Positions 9,358-19,640 of a stretch of 64,000 bases of DNA are shown here, in pieces; position 1 is the stretch's first letter; each line of letters begins with the position of its first letter. This DNA comes from Candidatus Bathyarchaeota archaeon (GTDB taxonomy: Archaea; Thermoproteota; CALKCG01; B24; DRYS01): positions 1 to 64,000 of the forward strand of contig JAGTQC010000002.1 in the NCBI GenBank assembly GCA_018396535.1, given 5' to 3'. The notes under the pieces were generated by a model. That model was not told the DNA's origin. It searched no databases and saw only the letters and a program-made list of their open reading frames with translations. A program made the translations under genes and the position numbers.

Positions 9358-10764
9358 TTAAACATTTAGCCCTTGATCATGAATCTTCAAAGCTTCTAGA
9401 AGTTTCCTACCCTTCTCAGATATACGGTAGTATCTCCTACCATCCGATACATAGGAGGTTATCAACCCCTCAAACTCGAGCCTCTCTAGATGCTGATATA
9501 CAGCTTGTAGACTTACGATCCCGCCTAGACTTTTCCATACTTCATATCCGTATCTAGGTTTAGATGATAGAAGCTCTAGTATCCTCGTCTTCATAGGCTT
9601 CCCACCATATAGGATCGTAGCCTTCCTACGCCTACCTGGTACTTCGATTAGAGAAGCTGTTTTAAGACCGCTACTCGTAGCTATACATACGATAACATCG
9701 CCTTTATCTACGATGTTATCCTCTATCAATCTTCTAACAGCTGCTATGCTAGATGCACTAGAGAACTCTGCGAATATGCCTTCACACCTCGCTAACAGTA
9801 TCATGGATTTCATTATCTCAGAATCTGAGACTGTCAACGCCCATCCTCCACTATCCCTCAACGCTTTAACAGCGATATCTATCAGTACTGGCTTAGATAC
9901 TAGCAGAGCTAAAGCTTTAGATAGAGGCCTCCTTTCCCATCTATCCTCACCCCCTCTAAACTTATCTACTATAGGATGTAGACTCTCAGTCTGTACGCAT
10001 ACAAGCCTAGGGATGTCATCTATCAAACCCGCAGCTTCAAGCTCCTTGAACCCCTTCCATAGAGATACGAGTAGGCTTCCACCCCCTACAGGTACTACTA
10101 CGATATCGGGTACACCCATCTCCTCCCATATCTCGAAAGCTATAGTCTTCAAAGCTTCGAATGTCAATGCGTTAAGCTCTGGTGTAGCTTGATACCATCC
10201 GCTACCGTATGTAATCTTAGAGATGTACTCTATAGCTTCATCTACGTACACCCCATACTCTATTATATCTGCTCCGTACGCTATCATCTGCGCTAGCTTC
10301 CCCTCATCTACATATCTAGGTATGACTATATGCGCATGTAGACTTGCTCTCCTAGCGTATGCAGCTAACGATGCACCCATATTACCATTGGAGGCGGCTG
10401 CTACATGTTTAAACCCATAGCGTAGTGCATCGGTAGTTAATATGGATGCACATCTATCTCTAAACGATCCAGTTGGATTCCTCCCCTCATCCTTTATGTA
10501 TAGGTTTCCAACACCTAGAAGCCTCCCTAAACTTTCAGCTTTAATCGTAGGGGTAAATCCCTCGGATAATGTTATAATCCTAGCGTATATCGTAGGTATA
10601 CACGAGGCATACCTCCATATGGAGTGGATATCCTGCTCAACCTTAAACTCGTATACATCCTCCATATCGTATAACAATGTCGATCCGCATCTAACGCATC
10701 TACTCCAAGGCTTAGCATCACCATTCTCCAAACCACATAAGGGGCACTTCAACCTATATTTCAA
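9358..10764 (-). CDS. Threonine-synthase-like fold-type II PLP protein with K->R at the Schiff-base site, fused to a C-terminal PadR-like winged HTH
   Basis: N-terminal Zn ribbon, KDEGRNPTGSFRDR, ASNGNMGAS and VPVGGG; C-terminal YGYEVWK..SLQAVYQHLERLE..GLI..GRRYYRISEKG. Confidence 0.85.
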   Translation of the reverse strand: MKYRLKCPLCGLENGDAKPWSRCVRCGSTLLYDMEDVYEFKVEQDIHSIWRYASCIPTIYARIITLSEGFTPTIKAESLGRLLGVGNLYIKDEGRNPTGSFRDRCASILTTDALRYGFKHVAAASNGNMGASLAAYARRASLHAHIVIPRYVDEGKLAQMIAYGADIIEYGVYVDEAIEYISKITYGSGWYQATPELNALTFEALKTIAFEIWEEMGVPDIVVVPVGGGSLLVSLWKGFKELEAAGLIDDIPRLVCVQTESLHPIVDKFRGGEDRWERRPLSKALALLVSKPVLIDIAVKALRDSGGWALTVSDSEIMKSMILLARCEGIFAEFSSASSIAAVRRLIEDNIVDKGDVIVCIATSSGLKTASLIEVPGRRRKATILYGGKPMKTRILELLSSKPRYGYEVWKSLGGIVSLQAVYQHLERLEFEGLITSYVSDGRRYYRISEKGRKLLEALKIHDQGLNV

Positions 10765-12680
10765 CCGATAATCCTCCTAATCTCATCCTCGATAATCTTA
10801 GCTAGAATAGATGTATCAACCCTACCCCTATACTTCTTCATGATAGATCCAAGTATCATCTTAGCAGCATTCAAACCATGCCTCTCTATAAGACTCCTAC
10901 TCCTAGAAACTTCATCTGATACGATAGCCGAGAGCTCCTCGCTTGTTAAAGGCTTTAGCTTAAGCTCTTCTATAGCCTCAGTTATACTAGCACCACTACC
11001 AGCTATGTATGCGAGGATATCTGGTATAGCTTCCTTAAACAGCCTCCCCTCAGCTATAGATCTGAATAGATCGTATAATCTATCAGATGGTATGCGATCG
11101 ATATTAACACCCCTCCTCTTCAACATAGTCATAGTCTCTGTTAGCGTCGAAGCTACTACTGAAGCTGGTAGTGAAGGGAAGCTTCTACAAACCTCCTTGA
11201 ATAGATTCTCATAGATGGAGTTAACAAGCTCCTCAGCTAGCTTTCTACTCAACCCATACTCTTCGATATACCTTTTAACCCTTATCGATGGGAGTTCAGG
11301 TAGGTTGGATTTCAAACGTTCTACCCTAGCAGGATCGACTACTAGTATAGGTATATCTGTCTCAGGATACATACGTGCAGCTCCAGGTCTGGGACGCATA
11401 TACCTAGTTATACCGGTAGGTTCAGCTCTCCTAGTTTCTTCAGGTACCCCATCGAACGCTACTAGAATCCTATCCAATACCGCTTTCAACCCATCTTCGA
11501 CATTCTCCTTCGGCCCAGCTGCTATGATCACAGCATCCTGCTCATATGCACCTACAGTTCTTCTAAGCTCTTCCACTTCCCTATCCGTTATACCGTAACC
11601 TGGGAGCTCATCTGTATGGAATATACCACCCAGCCTACCCCAGAATATAGCATAATCCGCGAGTTCTGTCCCGAATCTCAACCCCTCGTTTAATCTCCAC
11701 GATAATAATCCTCTAAACCCAGGTAGCTTCAAAGCATAGATGACGCCACCGTTACCTATAGCTTTAGCTAGAATCCTACATCCAGTCTTCCTGAATACAT
11801 CAGTTACATCATAGAATGTAGGATCTATGGAATCCTTAGATAACCCCCTCCTCCTCAACTCCTCCCTAAGTTCTAGTAGCCTAACCTGTCTCTCAACCTC
11901 ATTCTCGACAACCTTAGGTATAAGGCTTAGATGTTGTACACCTTTAACCTCTACTAAAGCCCCCTCTCTAATCGATATATTTATATCCTGTCTTATAGAT
12001 CCAAGCTCACCCTTCACCCTACCTGTCGATAAGACTATCCTACCTATAGCTAAAGCCACCATACCTGCTTCCTCAGGGCTGCGTATATCTGGGCTTGTAG
12101 ATACTTCGACTAGAGGTATCCCCAGCCTATCCAGTCTATAGTAGACTTTATCACCACTCCTCTCAAGTATACGTGCAGCATCCTCTTCTAGACATATACT
12201 TTGTATACCGATCCGTTTACCATCGATATCCGTCCATCCGCCTAGAGCTACTACGCACGTCCTCTGGAACCCTGTAGTATTGGATCCATCGATTACAACC
12301 TTCCTCATAACATGTATCTCATCTACAGGTTTAGCATTCAGCATCAAAGCTATAGTTAACGCTATATCTACAGCCTCCTCGTTTATAGCATGAGGAGGCT
12401 CTTCATCAAGCTCAACTAGACATGAAGAGTTATCATCGGCTTCGTAGACTATAGTTAATCCTTTACGAAACTCGAATAAAGCTGCAGGATCAACCTCGCC
12501 TAACTCGCTTTGAGTAGGTCTAAGTCTTCTTTCAAACTTAAGCTTAGCCTCACCCTCTGATAGAGCTGCGGGGCATCTGCAGAAGAGCTTGTAGCTAGTA
12601 GCTAGCTGGAAGTGTAATTCTAAGCCTACCTTTAAGCCTAGGTCTTCATAGTTGAAGCCGCTCATATCTAGGTATACCAC
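10761..12680 (-). CDS. gatE: Glu-tRNA(Gln) amidotransferase subunit E
   Basis: GLKVGLELH, MRKVVIDGSNTTGFQRT and RPRPGAARMYPETD motifs. Confidence 0.97.
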   Translation of the reverse strand: MVYLDMSGFNYEDLGLKVGLELHFQLATSYKLFCRCPAALSEGEAKLKFERRLRPTQSELGEVDPAALFEFRKGLTIVYEADDNSSCLVELDEEPPHAINEEAVDIALTIALMLNAKPVDEIHVMRKVVIDGSNTTGFQRTCVVALGGWTDIDGKRIGIQSICLEEDAARILERSGDKVYYRLDRLGIPLVEVSTSPDIRSPEEAGMVALAIGRIVLSTGRVKGELGSIRQDINISIREGALVEVKGVQHLSLIPKVVENEVERQVRLLELREELRRRGLSKDSIDPTFYDVTDVFRKTGCRILAKAIGNGGVIYALKLPGFRGLLSWRLNEGLRFGTELADYAIFWGRLGGIFHTDELPGYGITDREVEELRRTVGAYEQDAVIIAAGPKENVEDGLKAVLDRILVAFDGVPEETRRAEPTGITRYMRPRPGAARMYPETDIPILVVDPARVERLKSNLPELPSIRVKRYIEEYGLSRKLAEELVNSIYENLFKEVCRSFPSLPASVVASTLTETMTMLKRRGVNIDRIPSDRLYDLFRSIAEGRLFKEAIPDILAYIAGSGASITEAIEELKLKPLTSEELSAIVSDEVSRSRSLIERHGLNAAKMILGSIMKKYRGRVDTSILAKIIEDEIRRIIG

Positions 12681-14005
12681 CTAAAACTTGTCCTAACAGA
12701 TATCTCTCCAGCTATATTCGTAAGCATAAGGCTTCTAGCTTCATCCATACTGCTTGCTCTAGCTAGAACCCACATAAGCTTAACTAGAGCTGTCTCAGGA
12801 AGCATATCCTCTAGGGGTACTACACCTATTGCTTGAAGCTCACGTCCAGTCCTATATACATTCATATTAACTCTACCCCATATACATTGTGAAGTCATAC
12901 CTACGAATACACCTGAATCTATAGCTCTCTTAATCGAAGGTATACATCTATTAGAAACGTGGCCTAGACCTGTACCCTCGATAATAATACCTCTATAACC
13001 TCTATCTACATACCAATCTATGATACTAGGATCGAAGCCTGGGTAAAACTTAACCAGTGTAACCTTATCTTCGAAATCTGCTTCAATCTTAAACCCTTCG
13101 ATCCCACCTCTTCTCCTATAATCCTCGACTAGCATCCTAATCTCGCAACTATTATAGACTGCTATAGGATCACCGTTAACCGATTTGAAAGCATCCCTCC
13201 TACTAGTATGGCATTTACGTACCCTTGTCCCTCTATGAAAGACTATCTCATCATCTGATAAACCTCTATGCATAGCTACGACCACCTCTGCAAAAGGTGC
13301 TTTAGCAGCAGCCGTCGCAGCGCCTAGGAGGTTTAGAGCAGCATCAGAGCTAGGCCTATCAGGCGATCTCTGTGCTCCTACGAGTACCACAGGTACGGGT
13401 AGGTTCCTCAGAGCAAAACTTAGTGCGGCAGCCGTATACCCCATAGTATCTGTTCCATGAGTTACGACCACACCCTTAACCCCACTCTCTACGTATTCAC
13501 CTATCTTCGATGCAATAGTAGACCAATGTCGAGGTGTCATATCCTCGCTAAATATGTTGAATATCGTTTCGACATCTATCCTAGCTATATCCGCAAGCTC
13601 GGGTGTAAACCCGTATAGATCGTCTGCTGAGAATATAGGTGTAACAGCACCTGTTCTATAATCTACACGGCTAGCTATAGTTCCACCCGTACCTAAGATA
13701 GCTATTCTCGGAAGATCGGCTTTAGCTTCGGGTATGGTTGGAGGCTTATACCTAACCTCCCTCCTAGCTGGAAGTTTTTCTACCTTTACATCACCGCTGG
13801 TTACCCTTATACCTATATTATACCCGCTCCTAAGCTTGATAACTATATATTCATCACCACCGTACTCGACCCTAGGAGCTAGTACGCCTTCGTATATGAT
13901 ACCATCCCTAATTATCCTTACCTCATCTCCAACTCTTACACCAGCTGATAGAAGTAGTTCCCTAGCTCGACCCTTATATCCTTGAAGATCTATACTCTCA
14001 CTCAA
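12668..14005 (-). CDS. gatD: Glu-tRNA(Gln) amidotransferase subunit D
   Basis: GTGGTIASRVDY, HGTDTM and GAQRSPDRPSSD motifs. Confidence 0.97.
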   Translation of the reverse strand: MSESIDLQGYKGRARELLLSAGVRVGDEVRIIRDGIIYEGVLAPRVEYGGDEYIVIKLRSGYNIGIRVTSGDVKVEKLPARREVRYKPPTIPEAKADLPRIAILGTGGTIASRVDYRTGAVTPIFSADDLYGFTPELADIARIDVETIFNIFSEDMTPRHWSTIASKIGEYVESGVKGVVVTHGTDTMGYTAAALSFALRNLPVPVVLVGAQRSPDRPSSDAALNLLGAATAAAKAPFAEVVVAMHRGLSDDEIVFHRGTRVRKCHTSRRDAFKSVNGDPIAVYNSCEIRMLVEDYRRRGGIEGFKIEADFEDKVTLVKFYPGFDPSIIDWYVDRGYRGIIIEGTGLGHVSNRCIPSIKRAIDSGVFVGMTSQCIWGRVNMNVYRTGRELQAIGVVPLEDMLPETALVKLMWVLARASSMDEARSLMLTNIAGEISVRTSFRWYT

Positions 14006-14084
14006 ACTGTATCAGATTCTATGTTTAAACTCCTATAATTTAACCTTAAATCTATGTTTAAACCTCCAACTAGTAGATACCTAT

Positions 14085-14603
14085 ATGTCAATTACGATAT
14101 TTAAGCTAGCTCTAGTATCGCATTGCATACTGAATCAAGCTGTTAGATACTGGCCTCCAGGAGCTAAACTCGAGAGACCAGTCTTCGATATAGAAATCGT
14201 ATCTAAGCTCTACAGGATGGGGTTCTCCCTACTGCAGCTTCCATGCCCTGAATTCACGTTTAAAGGAAATCCTAGATTCCCGTATACGCGTACAGAATAT
14301 GAGAGAATATATGGGTTCATAGATCATTGTAGGAAGCTAGCTTTTGATGTAGCTTCTAGTATAGAGCGTATTGTTAAACTATCCACAGAGCCTAGGATAG
14401 AGCTTGCAGCAGTAGTAGGTATCGAGCGATCGCCTAGCTGTGCTGTATTTAAGGTTCCGGTATTAGTACAGGATAGCCGGGTATACGTGGATGGTAGGGG
14501 TGTATTCATGGATATACTGGAGGAGGAGCTTAGAAGTAGAGGACTCTATCCGAAGTTTATATCAGTGGATTTTAAAACTAAATCTATAGTAGAGGCTCTA
14601 TAG
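14085..14603 (+). CDS. DUF523 / 2-thiouracil desulfurase-related protein
   Basis: SHCILNQ, QLPCPE, SPSC and GRGVFM motifs. Confidence 0.7.
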   Translation: MSITIFKLALVSHCILNQAVRYWPPGAKLERPVFDIEIVSKLYRMGFSLLQLPCPEFTFKGNPRFPYTRTEYERIYGFIDHCRKLAFDVASSIERIVKLSTEPRIELAAVVGIERSPSCAVFKVPVLVQDSRVYVDGRGVFMDILEEELRSRGLYPKFISVDFKTKSIVEAL

Positions 14604-15420
14604 TACCTGAAGCTCTTCTCCGACGTAAACCTATCTCACCTATCTCCAACAGCTTATCTCGATCGAATACAGGTCCATCCCTACATACTAGGTAGGCTCC
14701 TCTCACACAGCTACCACATACCCCCATACCACACTTCATGTATCCTTCGATACTCGCCTCCATAGGTAGATCCTTCTCGACACATAGTACAAGGATTCTT
14801 CTTATCAACTCCTCAGGCCCGCATACGTAAACCATATCGAAGCTTTCATCCAGGATTCTTGAAGCTATATCGTAAGCTGTAGCTTTAAACCCGTAGCTTC
14901 CATCTTCTGTAGCTATACAGAGCTTTATCCTACCTTCTACCGATAGCTTCTCCATCTCCTCCAGGTATATCGTATGAAGCTTATCCCTAAACCCGAATAC
15001 GACATAGGTATCAACGCCTACATCTATAAGCCTATAGATGAGATATCTTAACGGAGCTACACCTACACCTCCACCTACTACTAAGCTTCTACCTTTCACT
15101 ATGGTGAAACCTCTACCTAGGGGTCCTCTAACCCCGATCGTATCCCCTGGTTGGAGGGAGCATAGGATTCTAGTAGCTTCACCTACACCTCTAACAGTTA
15201 CTCCTAGTATACAGCTATCCATATATGATATGCTTAAAGGTATCTCATCAACACCCGGTATCCATATCATAGTGAACTGCCCCGGTATAGGATCAGATGA
15301 AAACGGGTTATGCATATATAGTGAAACAGTATCTAAGCATTCATCCACCCTCCTAACGATCCTAACTATTCTACGTCTATGCCTATCTAGCATCGATCTA
15401 TCTATGTGATAAACCGACAA
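14584..15420 (-). CDS. pyrK: Dihydroorotate dehydrogenase electron transfer subunit
   Basis: PGQF, RGPLGRGF, GGGVGVAP and MKCGMGVCGSC...VCRDGPVF motifs. Confidence 0.95.
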   Translation of the reverse strand: MSVYHIDRSMLDRHRRRIVRIVRRVDECLDTVSLYMHNPFSSDPIPGQFTMIWIPGVDEIPLSISYMDSCILGVTVRGVGEATRILCSLQPGDTIGVRGPLGRGFTIVKGRSLVVGGGVGVAPLRYLIYRLIDVGVDTYVVFGFRDKLHTIYLEEMEKLSVEGRIKLCIATEDGSYGFKATAYDIASRILDESFDMVYVCGPEELIRRILVLCVEKDLPMEASIEGYMKCGMGVCGSCVRGAYLVCRDGPVFDRDKLLEIGEIGLRRRRASGTIEPLL

Positions 15421-16315
15421 TCTCCCTCACACTCCTAAACCCCTTCCTCTCAAGGTAGCTAGATAATCCTTCAGCCAACTCTCTGAATACGCCTACACCC
15501 TTAAACGCTATTACTGAACCTAAAGCTACAGCTGAAGCCCCAGCTAGGATGAATTCGACTACATCTAAGCTATTCGATACACCTCCACACCCTACTATAG
15601 GTATATCGACCTCCTTGTATATCTCGTATACGCATCTAAGAGCTATAGGCTTTAAAGCTGGGCCTGAAAGACCCCCGTATACGCCTGATAGTATGGGTCT
15701 AAACAGCTCTGTATCTATAGCTAGAGCTTTAACCGTATTAATAGCGGTCAACCCGTCTGCTCCAGCTTCAGCAGCCGCTCTAGCTACATCGACTATTAAA
15801 TGAGTATTGGGGCTTAGCTTTACGAATAGAGGCTTATCTATAATTTTCTTCACCTTAGATACTGCTTCAGCTACAAGCTCAGGTTTAAATCCCAATTCAT
15901 ATACGCCAGACACGTGCGGGCATGACACGTTAAGTTCTAGAGCTGATACACGTGGATGCTTAGCTATAATCCTAGCTGTTTCAACTATCTCATCGACGCT
16001 ATACCCGTAGAAGCTCGCTATGAGCGGGGAGCTTAGATCCTCAGCTTCATCCAACTCCTTTAAGAATGCCTCAGCTCCAGGATTTGGTAAACCCATAGAG
16101 TTTATTAATCCATATGGAAGTAGGATTATCGTAGGGTTAGGATACCCGTCTCTAGGCTTTAACCCTATAGATTTAGTAGTAACGGCTCCAACACCCTCAG
16201 CTCTACTTATCTTTGCTAGAAGTCTACCAGATAAACCCAGTATACCTGAAGCTAGTATTAACGGAGTCTTTAGACTTAATCCAGCTATATCGACACTCAG
16301 ATCTAAACTACGCAT
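15398..16315 (-). CDS. pyrD: Dihydroorotate dehydrogenase 1B catalytic subunit. ORF track start 16369; ATG 16315 is more likely
   Basis: ASG, TTKS, NSMGLPNPG, ELNVSCPH, KLSPN and GGLSG motifs. Confidence 0.95.
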   Translation of the reverse strand: MRSLDLSVDIAGLSLKTPLILASGILGLSGRLLAKISRAEGVGAVTTKSIGLKPRDGYPNPTIILLPYGLINSMGLPNPGAEAFLKELDEAEDLSSPLIASFYGYSVDEIVETARIIAKHPRVSALELNVSCPHVSGVYELGFKPELVAEAVSKVKKIIDKPLFVKLSPNTHLIVDVARAAAEAGADGLTAINTVKALAIDTELFRPILSGVYGGLSGPALKPIALRCVYEIYKEVDIPIVGCGGVSNSLDVVEFILAGASAVALGSVIAFKGVGVFRELAEGLSSYLERKGFRSVREIVGLSHR

Positions 16316-16386
16316 ACTTAGATCACGATATTCAAGGTAAATGTTTATTAGGTTTACCTCGCATATCATGAATCTCGGTGGTATAT

Positions 16387-16566
16387 ATGCCTACGCATGG
16401 AAGCTTAACTAAAGCTGGCAAGGTTAGGAGTCAGACACCTAAACTTCCAGCTAGAGAGAAGCATAGCCCTATACCTAAGATTAGGAATGTTAGAAACTAT
16501 ATGAAGAGGATCGTAATGGGTAGAAGTGCGGGTCAGAATATGAATAATCTACCTAGATCTAGGTAG
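16387..16566 (+). CDS. rps30e: 30S ribosomal protein eS30
   Basis: MPTHGSLTKAGKVRSQTPK. Confidence 0.97.
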   Translation: MPTHGSLTKAGKVRSQTPKLPAREKHSPIPKIRNVRNYMKRIVMGRSAGQNMNNLPRSR

Positions 16567-16569
16567 ATT
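16546..16569. repeat. Perfect 24-bp palindrome over the rps30e stop codon
   Basis: AATCTACCTAGA|TCTAGGTAGATT. Confidence 0.7.
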
Positions 16570-16676
16570 TACCCTAGATATACTGCTCCGTATATCGGTA
16601 TCCTTTGTAATGTTGTTGCCTCGTAGGGTAGATGGAAAATAGGAGAGGTTATGATCGGATATTTATCTATTCCGTT

Positions 16677-17855
16677 TCAACGGTTTAGTTTTCCTAGGAG
16701 CTGGTAGATTAGCGATCCTATCCTAGCGTATCCAGTCGAATCTCTCTGATCGAATCCTACCCTCTTCAAACTTCTGAGTTCTGGTGCGAATAGCGATGTC
16801 GGCGATTCCCTACCGACTATGTAGAAGTTACCTTTATACAGCTTCACGTATACCGTTCCATTCACGTATTTCTGCGTGGAGTCTATGAACGCATCTAGAT
16901 CCCTTCTAAGTGGGTGGAACCACATAGCATGGTACACCATATCAGCCCACAGCATATCTACTATACTCTTGAATCTGAGTTGATCCTTTGTTAGAGTAAG
17001 CTGCTCAAGATCTCTATGAGTTTTGAGTAGTATAGTCGCAGCGGGAGCTTCATATAACTCTCTAGATTTCAATCCTATCATCCCATCTTCGAGTATATCT
17101 ATCAATCCTACACCATGCATCCCGCCTACACGATTGAGGTATAGTATGATTTCAACAGGATCTTTAACATCATCAACCCTTACAGGTACACCCTCCCTAA
17201 ACTCTATAGAGATCTCCTGAGGTTTATCTGGTGCTTGCTCTGGTGGTGTAACCCATATGTAGTCTTCAGGATATTGCGAGTATAGATCCTCCACCTGTCC
17301 GCTCCCTATAGAATGCGACCAGAGGTTTATATCGCCTCCAAGCTTACCCTTCCTAGGCTTAGGTGTAATACCATACTTTGCTAGCATTTCCTCTTCTTCC
17401 GTCCTCACTAGGTTAAGCTCTCTTATAGGCGCTACGACTTCTAGGTGTGGTGCTAGATATTTAACGGTGAATTCTATCCTAAACTGGTCGTTACCTTTAC
17501 CTGTACATCCATGAGCTACGGCTTCAGCCCCCTCCTTCAAAGCTATCTCAACGCATTTGGAAGCTATAAACACCCTACTCATAGACGTACCTATAGGGTA
17601 TCCTTCATAGCTTCCGTTAGCCTTTATACATCTATGAACGAAGTTCTCAACAAACTCCCTCTTACCATCTATGAATACTATGTTAAGACCAAGCTTCTCA
17701 GCTCTCTCGAACGCGGTCTCTATCTCCTCCTCTCCCTGACCCACATCTACTAGTACTGGTATAACCTCATCAAACTTGTAGTGTTCTCTTAGAAGTATCG
17801 TTACTAGGGTTGAATCGAGTCCACCCGAATATGCTGATACAACCTTTCTACCCAC
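16677..17855 (-). CDS. argG: Argininosuccinate synthase
   Basis: AYSGGLDS, HGCTGKGNDQFR and GLKSRELYEAP motifs. Confidence 0.97.
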   Translation of the reverse strand: MGRKVVSAYSGGLDSTLVTILLREHYKFDEVIPVLVDVGQGEEEIETAFERAEKLGLNIVFIDGKREFVENFVHRCIKANGSYEGYPIGTSMSRVFIASKCVEIALKEGAEAVAHGCTGKGNDQFRIEFTVKYLAPHLEVVAPIRELNLVRTEEEEMLAKYGITPKPRKGKLGGDINLWSHSIGSGQVEDLYSQYPEDYIWVTPPEQAPDKPQEISIEFREGVPVRVDDVKDPVEIILYLNRVGGMHGVGLIDILEDGMIGLKSRELYEAPAATILLKTHRDLEQLTLTKDQLRFKSIVDMLWADMVYHAMWFHPLRRDLDAFIDSTQKYVNGTVYVKLYKGNFYIVGRESPTSLFAPELRSLKRVGFDQRDSTGYARIGSLIYQLLGKLNR

Positions 17856-18024
17856 TTAACCGACACCCTCAGTTAGGATGAGAGGCCATCTATAAAAACA
17901 TTACTTCCAATACTCTATAGACCCGTATCTAAACTAGCTTTTGAAATCTATCTAAAACCGCTATCGGTTATCGATGTCTTAGTATTAAGCTTTTTATAGA
18001 ATAGTATACGCTTGTCTGTTTCAG

Positions 18025-19101
18025 GTGTATCCGGGTTTGAGGGAGATCGGTGTAGGTGTCGTAGGTTTAGGTAATATAGGCGTTACGCATGTTAGAGCTT
18101 TTATGAATGTTAAGGGTGCTAAACTCGTAGCTGTAGTAGATACTCTACGTGAGAGAGCCGATTCTATAGCTAAGATGTATGGTGTGAAAAGCTATTATAC
18201 GCTAGAGGATCTACTACGAGACCCAGAGGTTGAACTTGTATCGATAGCTACACCTTCATATCTTCACGCTCCCCAAGCTATATACGCTATGGAGTATGGT
18301 AAGCATGTGATAGTCGAGAAGCCTATGGCTGTAACCCTTAGGGGAGCTAAAACTATGATAGATAGAGCTAGGAAGAATGGTGTTAAACTCGGTGTCGTAT
18401 TCCAGCAGAGGTTTGCAGATGATATACAGCGTCTAAAGAAGCTTATAGATGATGGAGCTTTAGGAAAGCTATTCTTCCTATCAGCAGAGATGATGTGGTG
18501 GAGGAGTGAGAGCGACTACTACTTTAAAGATGAGGTTGCAAGATCGTGGCGTGGGTTATGGCTTACAGAAGGTGGGGGTGCTATAACGAATCAGGGTATA
18601 CACTATGTAGATCTACTTATATGGCTTGGAGGAGGTAAGGTTGAAGAGGTTATAGGTTTGATAGATAAGTTAACCCATCCCAATATAGAAGTTGAGGATA
18701 TAGCTCTAGGTATGTTCCGGTACTCTGGCGGACATCTTGGAAGTATAGTCGCAACAGTCTCTGTACAGCCGCAGAATGCTCAGTATACTAAGATTAAGGT
18801 ATTTGGAGATGAAGGATGTGCTGAGATACATGATAGAAACCTCGCTGTACTTAAGACTGTGAAGGGTGTGGAAGCAGAGGCTAGGAAGGTGGAGGAGGGT
18901 GTGAAAGAGACTTTAAGACAGCCTCCAAACCTACATCAGAAGATGTTCCAGAGCTTCATAGATGCTCTACTCGAGGATAGAGATTTCCCGATACCTGGTG
19001 AAGAAGGTATTAAGAGTTTAGAGGTTATAAAGGCGATCTACCTATCATCGAAGCTAGGTCAGAGAATGAAGCTACCTCTAGATATAGATATGGTGATATA
19101 G
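18025..19101 (+). CDS. Gfo/Idh/MocA oxidoreductase
   Basis: GLGNIG, GKHVIVEKP and GGGAITNQGIHYVD motifs. Confidence 0.93.
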   Translation: MYPGLREIGVGVVGLGNIGVTHVRAFMNVKGAKLVAVVDTLRERADSIAKMYGVKSYYTLEDLLRDPEVELVSIATPSYLHAPQAIYAMEYGKHVIVEKPMAVTLRGAKTMIDRARKNGVKLGVVFQQRFADDIQRLKKLIDDGALGKLFFLSAEMMWWRSESDYYFKDEVARSWRGLWLTEGGGAITNQGIHYVDLLIWLGGGKVEEVIGLIDKLTHPNIEVEDIALGMFRYSGGHLGSIVATVSVQPQNAQYTKIKVFGDEGCAEIHDRNLAVLKTVKGVEAEARKVEEGVKETLRQPPNLHQKMFQSFIDALLEDRDFPIPGEEGIKSLEVIKAIYLSSKLGQRMKLPLDIDMVI

Positions 19102-19178
19102 AGATATACTATACAAACCTACACACGCTTTTTTTACATTCAACCAGCTTCTATCCCAGGGTTAGGTAAGGCTTATAT

Positions 19179-19547
19179 ATGTTAGGGATAGATTTAAAGA
19201 TGATCGTTATGACCTTATATGAGGAGGCTAGAAGCCTATTCGAAGGTAAGAAGGATTTTATAAGAAGGGATATAGAGGGGTTCGATAGAGTTTTCCAATT
19301 TATATTTACCGATAAGCCTGAAGAGAACTATTACATAGAATTCTCTAAGGGGAATGTGGTAGTTGGTAAAGGTATCCATAGCAGCCCCCATGTAAAGTTC
19401 TCGATGAAAACGGATACCTATAGGAGGATAACATCGGGTGAACTCGATGGTGAACAAGCATATATGCTCGGTTTAATATCTATAGATGGCTCGATATATG
19501 ATGCTGCTAGATTCGGCTATATACTTCAGAAGTTATTAAGGAGGTAG
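19179..19547 (+). CDS. Stand-alone SCP2 (sterol/lipid carrier) domain protein
   Basis: FQF..YYIEF..G, ITSGELDGEQAYMLGLISIDG. Confidence 0.8.
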   Translation: MLGIDLKMIVMTLYEEARSLFEGKKDFIRRDIEGFDRVFQFIFTDKPEENYYIEFSKGNVVVGKGIHSSPHVKFSMKTDTYRRITSGELDGEQAYMLGLISIDGSIYDAARFGYILQKLLRR

Positions 19548-19640
19548 ACAGCCTATATAGATTAACTATACTATTTCCGACTTCACAACTAATTTTACAA
19601 AAAATTTTTATCCTCCCTTATACATTATCTTTGAATTTGT

